Positions 1-8,622 of a stretch of 64,000 nucleotides of DNA are shown here, piece after piece. Origin of the DNA: Armatimonadota bacterium (GTDB lineage: Bacteria > Armatimonadota > SYMT01). The notes under the pieces are model-generated. The model was not told the DNA's origin. It saw only the letters and a list, made by a program, of their open reading frames with translations, and searched no databases. Position 1 is the first letter of the stretch, and each line of letters begins with the position of its first letter. The stretch covers positions 224,001 to 288,000 of the forward strand of contig JAWLHY010000008.1 of assembly GCA_041690135.1 (NCBI GenBank). The letters run 5' to 3'. Made by a program: the position numbers and the translations under genes.

Positions 1-709
1 CGCGGTCGTACCCGTTACCCGGCATCCCTGCGGGCGCCATGAAAGAAGCGGTAAAACTAGCGAGCGTACCGCCGGGCCACTGGATTTGCGCCAGGACGAG
101 GTCCACGGCTCCGGCTTCATTCCGGTGGACATGCCCGGTGATCGCTTCCGGTTCCGCACGATCCAGCAGTGCCTGCACGGCATAAAGGTCGTGGACCATT
201 GTGAGGTGCATTGGGTTCTCACCCGGGAACTTCGCGAGGTTGGCGACCGGCCGGTGACGGATCCAGTCCATGTACCGGATGCGACCCCGACCGCGGACTT
301 CGTCCTGGAGTTGGAGAAACTCGCTGTTGAACAGCACGATGTGCCCGAGCATCAGGTTGGATGAATCGAGTCGGACCAATGGTGCGAGACTCTCCGCTTC
401 GGCCAGGCTGCTGGAGACCGGTTTCTCCAGCAAGACCGTTTTGCCTGCGGCGAGCAATGCCCGGGTGATGGGTACGTGCGCCGCGGTCGAGGTCGCGACG
501 ACCCAGGCCTCCGCGTCGCACTCCTCCAGGGCCTGCTCCAGATTCAGCCAACCGCGCACGCCCGGCACCCGGCCCGACACGGCGTCCAGGCTCTCTTGCC
601 GCCGCGCGACCAGCCCCACCAACTCCGCTTCCGCAATTCCCGCCAGGGTGAGGGCATGTTGTTGCCCGAACTTGCCCAACCCTACCACCGCTACGCGCAC
701 CGGTTGCAT
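1..709 (-). CDS. Gfo/Idh/MocA family oxidoreductase (3' end outside window)
   Basis: Not in the ORF track because it is truncated. Manual translation from ATG at 709 gives MQPVRVAVVGLGKFGQQH...AWVVATSTAAH...LLEKPV...MLGH...MVHDL: Rossmann GxGxxG, EKP and HD motifs. AGGAG RBS upstream. Confidence 0.85.
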   Translation of the reverse strand, partial: MQPVRVAVVGLGKFGQQHALTLAGIAEAELVGLVARRQESLDAVSGRVPGVRGWLNLEQALEECDAEAWVVATSTAAHVPITRALLAAGKTVLLEKPVSSSLAEAESLAPLVRLDSSNLMLGHIVLFNSEFLQLQDEVRGRGRIRYMDWIRHRPVANLAKFPGENPMHLTMVHDLYAVQALLDRAEPEAITGHVHRNEAGAVDLVLAQIQWPGGTLASFTASFMAPAGMPGNGYDR

Positions 710-815
710 TCGGATCTCCTGCTCGCTGGACTACCTACATCACTCCGTGCGGCACGGGCCGACGGACTTCCTGCACCGCTTGCGGCGAGCGGCTCATGGC
801 AGGAAGTCCCCAGGA

Positions 816-2003
816 TCAGGCAACACCCTCCGCTCGCATCCGGACGAGAAGATCCCTGCGCTCCAGAAGCAGCGCTCCGAGGCCGACGAGGGTCACCAGT
901 ACCTGGAATACGGGTCCGGCGATCGGTAGACTGGTGAGGAAGGTCACGATAAGTGCCCCAAGCGCCATCTTAACGTACGGTGAGATCTCGCTCCGGCCCT
1001 GGCGACGCGCCAGCCAGTCTCCCACCCACTTCCCAACCCGGTACGCCACGTACACTCCGGCGAGGACGAGGAGCGCCACGTAGGTGACGAGGAGGATGAA
1101 GCCGATGGGCAAGGCGACGATGGTGACGATCAGCAAGAATGCCGCTAGCGGGATCAACACGCAGCCTCCACAGCCGGTCGCCAGCGTGGGTCCGACCCGG
1201 CTCACCATCGTCGCCGCCACTCTCTCGGTGGTGTTCGGGGTCAGCGCAATCAACAGCGAGCCGAGAATGAAGACCCATAGGAACTGCAGGAGCCAACTTC
1301 CGAACCAGTTCGCCACCTGTTCTCCTGCGGAGGGACGTTGCTGCCCGGCCTGCGCCGGCTGGTGCACCATGCGACCCAGCACCCGCGCTTCCGGTGAAAT
1401 CACAGGTGGAGTGGGGGAGTAGACGACAAGGTCTCCACGCACCACCGCACCCGGGCCTAACACCAGGCGTTCGGTCCGGGCCTGCACGTCACCGTTCACC
1501 GTACCCGTGATCTCCGCGTTGGAGGCCGCCAGCAACAGGTTGCGGCCGACGTTGCCCCGCAGGGTCACCGAAGCACCGGCGAGGGCCGCGTCGCGGCTGA
1601 CCCGCACATCCGTCCCCAGGACGATCGTGCTGCCGGCCAGGCTCAGGTTGTCTCCCACCGGCGCGGTGACCGTGACCGTACCGCCCATGGCTCGCAGATC
1701 GTCGCTGATCGGTCCGCTCACCGTTACCGTGGCTCCGGCAAGGAGCCCGTCTCCCGCTACCGGCCCGGAAACCGCGACGTTCGCCCCGGCGGCGATCACA
1801 TCCCCTTGCACGGGGCCCTGGATCAGGAGGTTGCTGCCGGCGACGGTGAGGTCGTCGGCGATGGTGCGCTCCGCAGGGACGGTGATGTTCTGTCCCGCCA
1901 AGCGTTCCGAGGCTCCGGCACTCGTCACGATGCCGGCGGCGAGCAGCACGATCAAACAGCAATTCAACAGATTTCGGCCCCGGAGGGCGATCCTGGCCGA
2001 CAT
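816..2003 (-). CDS. Membrane-anchored protein with bactofilin/polymer-forming-like beta-helix repeats
   Basis: Signal peptide, about ten 15-aa repeats (AGxxVxVxGxVxGD), then several C-terminal TM helices. Confidence 0.75.
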   Translation of the reverse strand: MSARIALRGRNLLNCCLIVLLAAGIVTSAGASERLAGQNITVPAERTIADDLTVAGSNLLIQGPVQGDVIAAGANVAVSGPVAGDGLLAGATVTVSGPISDDLRAMGGTVTVTAPVGDNLSLAGSTIVLGTDVRVSRDAALAGASVTLRGNVGRNLLLAASNAEITGTVNGDVQARTERLVLGPGAVVRGDLVVYSPTPPVISPEARVLGRMVHQPAQAGQQRPSAGEQVANWFGSWLLQFLWVFILGSLLIALTPNTTERVAATMVSRVGPTLATGCGGCVLIPLAAFLLIVTIVALPIGFILLVTYVALLVLAGVYVAYRVGKWVGDWLARRQGRSEISPYVKMALGALIVTFLTSLPIAGPVFQVLVTLVGLGALLLERRDLLVRMRAEGVA

Positions 2004-2226
2004 CGGAAAGTCCTTCCTGACCCGAGCCGGCTGCGGTACCCGAGGGCCGCGCCCGCAGTCCCACTTGGAGACACGCAGAACTCCAGGTCATTTCCAGCGT
2101 TTCCAGCCGTAACGGCAGTGAAACCCGTCCGGTGACCCCGAGAGCAGAACTGAAGTTAGCGCACCGAACACCAGGGGAGGCGGTCTTTGCTTCGGGTCAC
2201 TCCCAGCGGCAGTACCTCCCGGCGCG

Positions 2227-3186
2227 GTGGGGGATAATGGAGAGAGACCCCAGGGAGAGCGGATGCAGCGATTGAAGGAACGGATGTCCGGCCACGGAAC
2301 CGTCAGCGAGGGACTGCGGACCGCCTGGACCGTAATTTACATGTCCGTCCGCGACATGGCGACGGACAACGGCCCGCACTGGGCTGCGGCCATCGCCTAC
2401 TATGCGCTCCTCTCCGTGTTCCCGCTGCTGCTGGCGCTGGTCTCACTGGCGGCCTTTTTCGTGGAGCCGGGATGGGCCGTCGAACAGGCAGTCGATCTGC
2501 TCGGGCGGTTCCTGCCGGAAGGACGCGAGGAAGTGGCGAAGACGGTGCGGGGCGTACTGGATGAACGGGGTACCGCCAGCCTTTTCTCCGCCCTTTTATT
2601 ACTCTGGACCGGGTCTCGCGCCTTCGCGGTTCTCACAACGGCGCTCAACATCGCCTGCGATGCGGACGAGCAGTATGGGTTCGTAGAGCGAGCCCGCTTG
2701 CAGGTGGGAATGCTCCTCACGGTGGGGTTACTCTTCTTCCTGGCGCTCTCCTCGAACCTGACGCTCGGAATCATCCGGCAGGCGCTGGGTTGGTGGCCCG
2801 CACTTCAGGACCCCGCGATCCAACTCCTTTCCACGGTGGTTCCGGCGCTGACGCTGCTACTCGCCCTCTACGTGGTGTACTACTACGTGCCACGGGTGCG
2901 TATTAGCCGCTACGCTTCCCTCACCGGCGCACTGACGGCCACTTTTCTCTTCCTGATGGCGCAACCGCTGTTCTTGACCTACCTCCAGCGGTTTGCCCGC
3001 TTCAACCTGGTTTACGGCTCCCTCTCCATCGTCATCGCGATGTTGGTCTGGGCCTGGGTGGTATCGTTGGTGGTGCTGTTCGGCGGGGAGATCGCCTCGC
3101 ACGTGCAGATGCTGATCGTGGACGGCCTGTCGCCCCAGGAAGTAGAGGCCCGGCATTCGGCGCGGGCGCCGACCCGGAGCGAGTGA
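2227..3186 (+). CDS. YihY/virulence factor BrkB family membrane protein
   Basis: AAAIAYYALLSVFPLL and YGSLSIVIAMLVWAWV...LFGGEI motifs, multiple TM segments. Start may be 2262. Confidence 0.9.
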   Translation: MGDNGERPQGERMQRLKERMSGHGTVSEGLRTAWTVIYMSVRDMATDNGPHWAAAIAYYALLSVFPLLLALVSLAAFFVEPGWAVEQAVDLLGRFLPEGREEVAKTVRGVLDERGTASLFSALLLLWTGSRAFAVLTTALNIACDADEQYGFVERARLQVGMLLTVGLLFFLALSSNLTLGIIRQALGWWPALQDPAIQLLSTVVPALTLLLALYVVYYYVPRVRISRYASLTGALTATFLFLMAQPLFLTYLQRFARFNLVYGSLSIVIAMLVWAWVVSLVVLFGGEIASHVQMLIVDGLSPQEVEARHSARAPTRSE

Positions 3187-3193
3187 TGCGTCG

Positions 3194-3895
3194 CTAAGGT
3201 TGGAGGACATCATCCACCCGGCCATCGACTTCAATGACCACGCGCTCGACGGTGGGGAACTGTAGGAGGGTCCGCTCGATTTGCTCTCGGATGGTGGTGA
3301 CCCGCATGGAGCCGGCTACGCCCTTGTCGAGTTCTTCGCTGAAAGCGGCTCGGGCGGTGCCTTCGTTGATGGTGAGCTTCTCCAGACGGGTGCCCTCCGG
3401 AATCTCAGTGGTGAGGCCCTGGTCTCGCTCCTCGCGCGTGGGCCCCTCCAAAAGCTCCCGCAACGCCGCTTCCGCCGGCGCCTCGGCCGAAACGCTGCGC
3501 GGCACGGCAACGAACTCGACGTCGTTGTTGGAAAAGCGGGTAAAGGTGACGGACCATTCCCTGCGTTCACCCTGCGATCCGGTCCGCGGTGTGGTGTTGC
3601 CCGTGACGACCTGTTCGGCATCGCCAGAACCCTGGGATGACGCTCCGGATCCGGATTCATTACCACCGACCGGCGAGCGATCGGCGCCACAGCCCTGAGT
3701 CAGGATCGGCACCAGAAACAGGAGGGTGGCAGTGACAATCGCTCCCAGACACCGCGGAATTGGGGAACCGGTTTTGCCCACGGAACACGCGGAAAGACGC
3801 GAGCTTGCCCGTATGGAAAGGAAGCGAACGAAGGCAAAAGAGTTGCGGTTCTCCAAATCACGGTGTGTATGGGAGGTGTTGCTCGGGTGTGGCAT
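3194..3895 (-). CDS. GerMN domain lipoprotein
   Basis: AALRELLEGPT...IPEGTRL...QIERTLLQFPTVERVVIEVDG; lipobox LTQG-C. True start is probably downstream (GTG near 3781). Confidence 0.85.
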   Translation of the reverse strand: MPHPSNTSHTHRDLENRNSFAFVRFLSIRASSRLSACSVGKTGSPIPRCLGAIVTATLLFLVPILTQGCGADRSPVGGNESGSGASSQGSGDAEQVVTGNTTPRTGSQGERREWSVTFTRFSNNDVEFVAVPRSVSAEAPAEAALRELLEGPTREERDQGLTTEIPEGTRLEKLTINEGTARAAFSEELDKGVAGSMRVTTIREQIERTLLQFPTVERVVIEVDGRVDDVLQP

Positions 3896-3929
3896 AGGAT
3901 GAAGCGTAATGCGCTGCGACGTAGACCAT

Positions 3930-4934
3930 CTACGGAGGAAGTAGCGAAGCGAGTGCGCGGGTGATCAGCGTCTTTGCCAGGGGGGTTTTATATCCGTTTT
4001 CGCTCAGAGGTCGGGCATCGGCCAGAGCGGCTTCGGCGGCATGGGCGAACCGTTCCGGAGTAGCCCCGTGGCCGATGAGCTCTTGTTCCGCCGTTCGGGT
4101 TCGCCAGGGGATGGGAGCCACGCCGCCCACTACCAGGCGCGCGTCCGCAATCCGCGGGGCACCGGAGCCATTCGGCCCTTCCGTGCGGAGCACCGCCGCG
4201 ACCGAGACCAAAGCGAAGGCCCAGATCTTGCGGTCCATCGACTTGAAGTAGGTGCTCCGCGTCCCCGCCGGCAGGGCGGGTATGCGGACGGAGGTCAGGA
4301 TCTCGTCCTGGCCGATGGTCGTCTCCTGCCGCCGCTCATCTGTCGGCAATGCGTAGAACGCCTCCAGGGGAACGGTACGCTCGCCTCCCGAGCCGCGCAG
4401 TTGCACCTCCGCGCCGAGCGCCAGCAGTGCTGGGGCGGGATCGGAAGGGTGAACCGCAACGCAGGGCCCTTCGCCGAACAGGGAGTGCTGCTGGTTTTCG
4501 CCCGTACGGGCCGGGCAGTCCTCGCCGCCCTGGAGCCAGCAGTGGAACCGGGGATTGCGGAAGTACCAGCAACGGGGTCGCTGCAACAGGTTGCCGCCAA
4601 TGGTCGCCATGTTCCGCAACTGCGGGGTGGCCGCAACCTCGCAGGCCTCCGCCAGGACGGGGTAGCGGTCCCACACCAGGGGATGGCGCTCGATATCGGC
4701 CAATGGCGTCAGGGCACCCAGGCGCAGACCGTCCCCGTCGGGCTCGATAGCGCGGGACAGCCCCGCCAGCCGCTTGACATTAACCAGGCAGCCAGGATCT
4801 CCCACGTCGGCTTTGAGCAGGGTGAGCAGATCGGTACCCCCCGCCAGCGGACAGGCACCGGTCTCGGCCCCCTCCGAAAGTAGGGCGACGGCTTCGTCCA
4901 GGGTTTCCGGGCTGGTGTAGGCAAAGCTGCGCAC
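3930..4934 (-). CDS. Xanthine dehydrogenase-family FAD-binding subunit (PaoB/YagS-like)
   Basis: LAGGTDL, ATPQLRNMATIGGNLLQRPRCWYFR with the Cys-rich Fe-S insert typical of PaoB, HPSD, GGVAPIPWR. Confidence 0.93.
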   Translation of the reverse strand: MRSFAYTSPETLDEAVALLSEGAETGACPLAGGTDLLTLLKADVGDPGCLVNVKRLAGLSRAIEPDGDGLRLGALTPLADIERHPLVWDRYPVLAEACEVAATPQLRNMATIGGNLLQRPRCWYFRNPRFHCWLQGGEDCPARTGENQQHSLFGEGPCVAVHPSDPAPALLALGAEVQLRGSGGERTVPLEAFYALPTDERRQETTIGQDEILTSVRIPALPAGTRSTYFKSMDRKIWAFALVSVAAVLRTEGPNGSGAPRIADARLVVGGVAPIPWRTRTAEQELIGHGATPERFAHAAEAALADARPLSENGYKTPLAKTLITRALASLLPP

Positions 4935-4947
4935 GCGTATTTCTCCT

Positions 4948-5101
4948 TGCTTCGCGGATTAGGACTAGGATCACGATTAAGATTAGGTGGCCTGGGCAGC
5001 ACTCGATCTCCTCTACTGCTGGTTGGTGCTTACTTCCGCCTTATCGGCCCCCTGCCCGGTGCTTCGCGGATTAGGACGAGGATGAGGATTAGGATAAGGA
5101 T
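4948..5101 (+). repeat. Two copies of a degenerate hexamer-period (GATWAG) tract, each led by TGCTTCGCGGATTAGGAC
   Basis: 4948-4987 and 5060-5101 share the lead sequence and carry GATTAG/GATAAG units. Confidence 0.7.
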
Positions 5102-5352
5102 GCCCGGGGCAGAACTCGATCGTTTCTTCCTTTGGTAGGTATGAACTTCCGCGCTCTCGGCCCCCTGCCCCCGCCACCCGAGGGGTGCCCGGCTGGGGGA
5201 ATGATCAAACTTCTGCTGTTTCTCCAACTTGCAAGTCCTCTGCGACCTTCCGCCCATTACGCCCCCTGCCCCCCAATCCTGGGGGGAGTTTCGAACTTCA
5301 GCGCCTGTAGTTTCTTCTGGGCCGTCGTGCTCGCTTCCGCCCCTTTGGCCTC
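5030..5352 (+). repeat. Cluster of CTTCCGC-N-GGCCCCCTGCCCCC...TGGGGG palindromic repeats
   Basis: Copies near 5033, 5146, 5247 and a partial at 5334; related copies near 7895 and 7996. Confidence 0.65.
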
Positions 5353-5374
5353 TTTCCCTTTTCTCTGTTGGAGC

Positions 5375-7792
5375 TCATGGCGTCCCTTCGGGCTGTATGG
5401 CTTGGCGGTTGACCTGGGCTCCAATCGCGTCCAGGATGCGTTTTTGGGTTAAGGGCAAATCCCGGATGCGGAGACCGATAGCGTCGAATACGGCGTTGGC
5501 GATGGCGGGGGCCGTGGGGATCAGGGGTGGCTCGCCGATACCCTTGGCGCCGGTGGGGTTGGCTTCCGGGTCCGCCAGGTCGACCTGCGCGTGCGTGATG
5601 GGCGGGATGTCGGCCACGGTGGGGACCTTGTATTCCTCCAGGTTGGCGTTGAGCACGATACCGGTGTGGCGGTCGATGACCCGCTCTTCCAGGAGCGCGT
5701 AGCCTAGGCCCTGGGTGACGGCGCCGACCACCTGGCTCTCGACCATCGTGGGGTTGATGACCCGGCCGCAGTCGTGGGCGGCCGCCACACGGAGGACCGT
5801 GATCTCGCCAGTTTCCGTGTCGACCTCGACCTCGACGCACTGCGCTCCGAAGGTGCGAACGGATTTGTCCGACGGGTTGGGACCGCGGGCGCCCTGGCCC
5901 AGAATCATGTGCGGCGCAATCTGCCGGGTAATCTCTTCAACCAGCACGCTGCGGTCCGGCTCGCCCTCCACATGCACTTCACCATCGCGGATAGAGAGGC
6001 GCTCCGCTTCCACTTCCAGGGCCGCCGCGGCCGCCTCCAGTAACTGGCGGCGGGCATCGGCGGCCGCGGCGCGGATGGCGGGTCCGATAGTTGCCTGCGT
6101 GGCGCTGCCGGAGCTAACCGGAGCATAGGGACCGTTGGCGGTATCCCCCAGGTGCAGGGCGACCCGCTCCATCGGCAGCCCCAACTCTTCCGCCGCCACC
6201 TGCGTGAGGCCGGTCCGGGTACCGGTGCCGATATCCTGTGTGCCGGTGACCACGTCGGCCGAGCCGTCGCCGTTGATCTTAACCCAGGCATAGCCCGGTG
6301 GGTAGCCGCTTCCGCCCCAGTCGTGCGCCGCGAAACCGATACCGCGATGCCGCGAGCCGATGGGCGCGGGTCGATCATACGCCTTCCAGCCGAAGGCTTC
6401 CGTGGCGCGCTCGTAGCAGAGGCGAAGGCTCTGCGGAGTAGTGTAGGTTTTGTCCTTGGACTGGTCGCGGTCGGTGTAGTTCCGGAGGCGGAGTTCCACC
6501 GGGTCGATCCCGAGTTCCCGGGCGAGCTCGTCCATCGCCGACTCCAGCCCGAAAGCGCCTTCCACATAACCGGGCGCTCGGAAGGCGACGGCGGGACCCG
6601 TATTCGTGTGGATGGCGAGCTGTTCCGTGCGGAGATTGGGACACCGGTAGAGCCGCTGGTAAGCGCCGCTGACGTTACTGCCCTCGCCGCCGACCATGTA
6701 GGCCCCAACTGCCTGCTCAATCCGCACGGTCAGTGCGGTGAGGGTGCCGTCGCGCTTCGCTCCGATCCGGACGTGCTGGCGGGTGGGGTTGCGATTGCCG
6801 GCGGCCAGGTTCTCCGCCTCGCGGTCCAGCATCAACTGGACGGGACGCCCGGCCTGTTTGGACAGGAGCGCCGCGATGACGGTGTGCTTCCAGGCGATCT
6901 GCTTGCTGCCGAAGCCGCCGCCCATATACTCCTTGATCACGCGAACGTGATGCTCCGGCAAGCGCAGCTTCTCCGCCACCTGCTCGCGGACCTCGAAGAT
7001 CGACTGCGTGCTCTCCCAGAGGGTGAGGTGGTCGCCCTCCCAGGCGGCTGTGCAGCCGTGGGGCTCCAGGCAGTTGTGCAGCGCCGTGGCCGTGGTATAG
7101 ACGCGCTCGACGACGACCTCCGCTTCGCGAAAACCGGCCTCGGGGTCTCCGCGCTCGTAGACCTTCGGCTCCGCGGCCAGGTTACCGGAAGACTGGATCT
7201 GGGGCGCATCCGGCCGCAGGGCCGCATCCACGTCCAGCACGAACGGGAGCACCTCGTATTCCACTTCGATCAGGCGGAGGGCATCTTCCGCGATCTCCTC
7301 CGACTCGGCCGCCACCGCCGCGACCTCGTCTCCCTGGAAGCGGACGGTGCGGTCAAAGAGATAACTATCGCCATACCAGCGGATTTCGGAAGCGTCCGGG
7401 GTGGCTACTCCACGGGTTAAAACCCGTGGCTGACCAACCGAAGTCCGCCTACGCGGACTGGGGTCTCCGCTCTCTGTATCAGGAGAAACACTGATGACGG
7501 CGCGGACGCCCGGGAGGGCCTCGGCGCGGGAGGTGTCGATGCGGAGGATGCGGGCGTGGGGGTGGGGGCTACGGAGGACCTTCGCGTAGAGCTGGCCGGG
7601 TAGGCGGATGTCGTACGCGTAGCGGGCCCGGCCGGTGACCTTCTCCGCGCCTTCTACGCGCGGGTGGGGCCGCCCGACGACCTGGAGCGGCGTGTCCGCC
7701 TCCCACGCGGGTAGGCCGCGGGTTTCCACGACCCGGTATTCGCCCTCGGTGCCCTCGCCAGAGCGGAGCTTATCAACATGAAGAATGGGCAT
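5375..7792 (-). CDS. Xanthine dehydrogenase-family molybdopterin-binding subunit (PaoC/YagR/CoxL-like)
   Basis: KVTGRARY, RSPHPHARI, MGGGFGSK, FRAPG, QDIGTG, HDCGRVINP, GAKGIGEPP. Carries an atypical insert of about 30 aa. Confidence 0.95.
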   Translation of the reverse strand: MPILHVDKLRSGEGTEGEYRVVETRGLPAWEADTPLQVVGRPHPRVEGAEKVTGRARYAYDIRLPGQLYAKVLRSPHPHARILRIDTSRAEALPGVRAVISVSPDTESGDPSPRRRTSVGQPRVLTRGVATPDASEIRWYGDSYLFDRTVRFQGDEVAAVAAESEEIAEDALRLIEVEYEVLPFVLDVDAALRPDAPQIQSSGNLAAEPKVYERGDPEAGFREAEVVVERVYTTATALHNCLEPHGCTAAWEGDHLTLWESTQSIFEVREQVAEKLRLPEHHVRVIKEYMGGGFGSKQIAWKHTVIAALLSKQAGRPVQLMLDREAENLAAGNRNPTRQHVRIGAKRDGTLTALTVRIEQAVGAYMVGGEGSNVSGAYQRLYRCPNLRTEQLAIHTNTGPAVAFRAPGYVEGAFGLESAMDELARELGIDPVELRLRNYTDRDQSKDKTYTTPQSLRLCYERATEAFGWKAYDRPAPIGSRHRGIGFAAHDWGGSGYPPGYAWVKINGDGSADVVTGTQDIGTGTRTGLTQVAAEELGLPMERVALHLGDTANGPYAPVSSGSATQATIGPAIRAAAADARRQLLEAAAAALEVEAERLSIRDGEVHVEGEPDRSVLVEEITRQIAPHMILGQGARGPNPSDKSVRTFGAQCVEVEVDTETGEITVLRVAAAHDCGRVINPTMVESQVVGAVTQGLGYALLEERVIDRHTGIVLNANLEEYKVPTVADIPPITHAQVDLADPEANPTGAKGIGEPPLIPTAPAIANAVFDAIGLRIRDLPLTQKRILDAIGAQVNRQAIQPEGTP
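7410..7459. repeat. REP-like twin-hairpin element inside the Mo-subunit CDS
   Basis: CCACGGGTT-AA-AACCCGTGG (7410-7429) and AGTCCG-CCTACG-CGGACT (7442-7459). Confidence 0.7.
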
Positions 7793-7805
7793 GGCTTGTC
7801 TCGGC

Positions 7806-8040
7806 TGCGCGAATCAGGACCCGAAGAAGATAAGGATAAAGATAATGAGCGTTTGCATCAGAGCCTGTTCCAACTACCCCAATAGGGGCGCGGGCTTCTG
7901 CCTTTTGGCCCCTGGTCCCCGCCACCCAAGGGGTACCCGGCTGGGAGAACCGTCGGACTTCCGCCGGGCACCGTTTTACGTGGGCGTTCGGTTGGCTTCC
8001 GCGCTTTCGGCCCCCTCTCCCCCAATCCTGGGGGCACTTG
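7806..8040 (+). repeat. GATAAG tract plus two CCCCC...TGGGGG palindromic repeat copies
   Basis: 7806-7849 hexamer tract; 7895-7950 matches 5146-5200; 7996-8036 matches 5146 and 5247. Confidence 0.6.
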
Positions 8041-8518
8041 CTTCGCGGCACACGCGGGCGGCAGTGCGGCCGGCCTTGAGGATGTTCTGGTAGGCGCCAC
8101 AGCGGCAGAGATTGCCGGTGACCGCCTCCAGGATCTCCGCGTCGGTTGGGTCGTCGTTCTCGTCCAGGAGGGCGCGCAGGCTCATTACCTGGCCGGGGGT
8201 ACAGAAGCCGCATTGGAAGGCATCCTCACACACGAACGCCTCCTGCACCGGGTCGAGCCGACCCTCCTGCATGAGCCCTTCGATGGTGGTGATGTCGCAC
8301 TCGGCGCAGTCGACCGCCAGCATGAGACAGGAGTACATGGCCCGACCGTCCACCAGAATGGTGCAGGCGCCGCAGTCGCCCATGTCGCAGACTTTCTTGG
8401 TACCGGTCAACTCCAGGTCGCAGCGGAGAGTATCGAGGAGGGTCCGGCGTGGCTCGACGACGAGCGGGTGCTCGGTCCCGTTGACGCGCAGCGTGACGGC
8501 CAGATGGTTCATGGTCAT
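7976..8518 (-). CDS. (2Fe-2S)-binding subunit (PaoA/YagT/CoxS-like)
   Basis: GTKKVCDMGDCGACT...SC, QCGFCTPG, GNLCRCGAY. Confidence 0.95.
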   Translation of the reverse strand: MTMNHLAVTLRVNGTEHPLVVEPRRTLLDTLRCDLELTGTKKVCDMGDCGACTILVDGRAMYSCLMLAVDCAECDITTIEGLMQEGRLDPVQEAFVCEDAFQCGFCTPGQVMSLRALLDENDDPTDAEILEAVTGNLCRCGAYQNILKAGRTAARVCREASAPRIGGEGAESAEANRTPT

Positions 8519-8607
8519 GGAAACGGCTCACAGAGGCGGGCGGGCGGCTCGCCGGGGTGCTTTCGGTGAGTATTGACGGGAATGGCCGGAGGTGAAACGT
8601 GGGCGTG

Positions 8608-8616
8608 TGCTATGCT
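8608..8616 (+). promoter_or_regulatory. Extended -10 element (TGcTATGCT), probable leaderless promoter of rluD
   Basis: Ends 6 nt before ATG 8623; no clear SD in between. Confidence 0.45.
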
Positions 8617-8622
8617 GTAGGG

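Noticed and set aside
4947-5452. Small ORFs in the Mo-FAD spacer
   Set aside because: They are translations of the repeat tracts.
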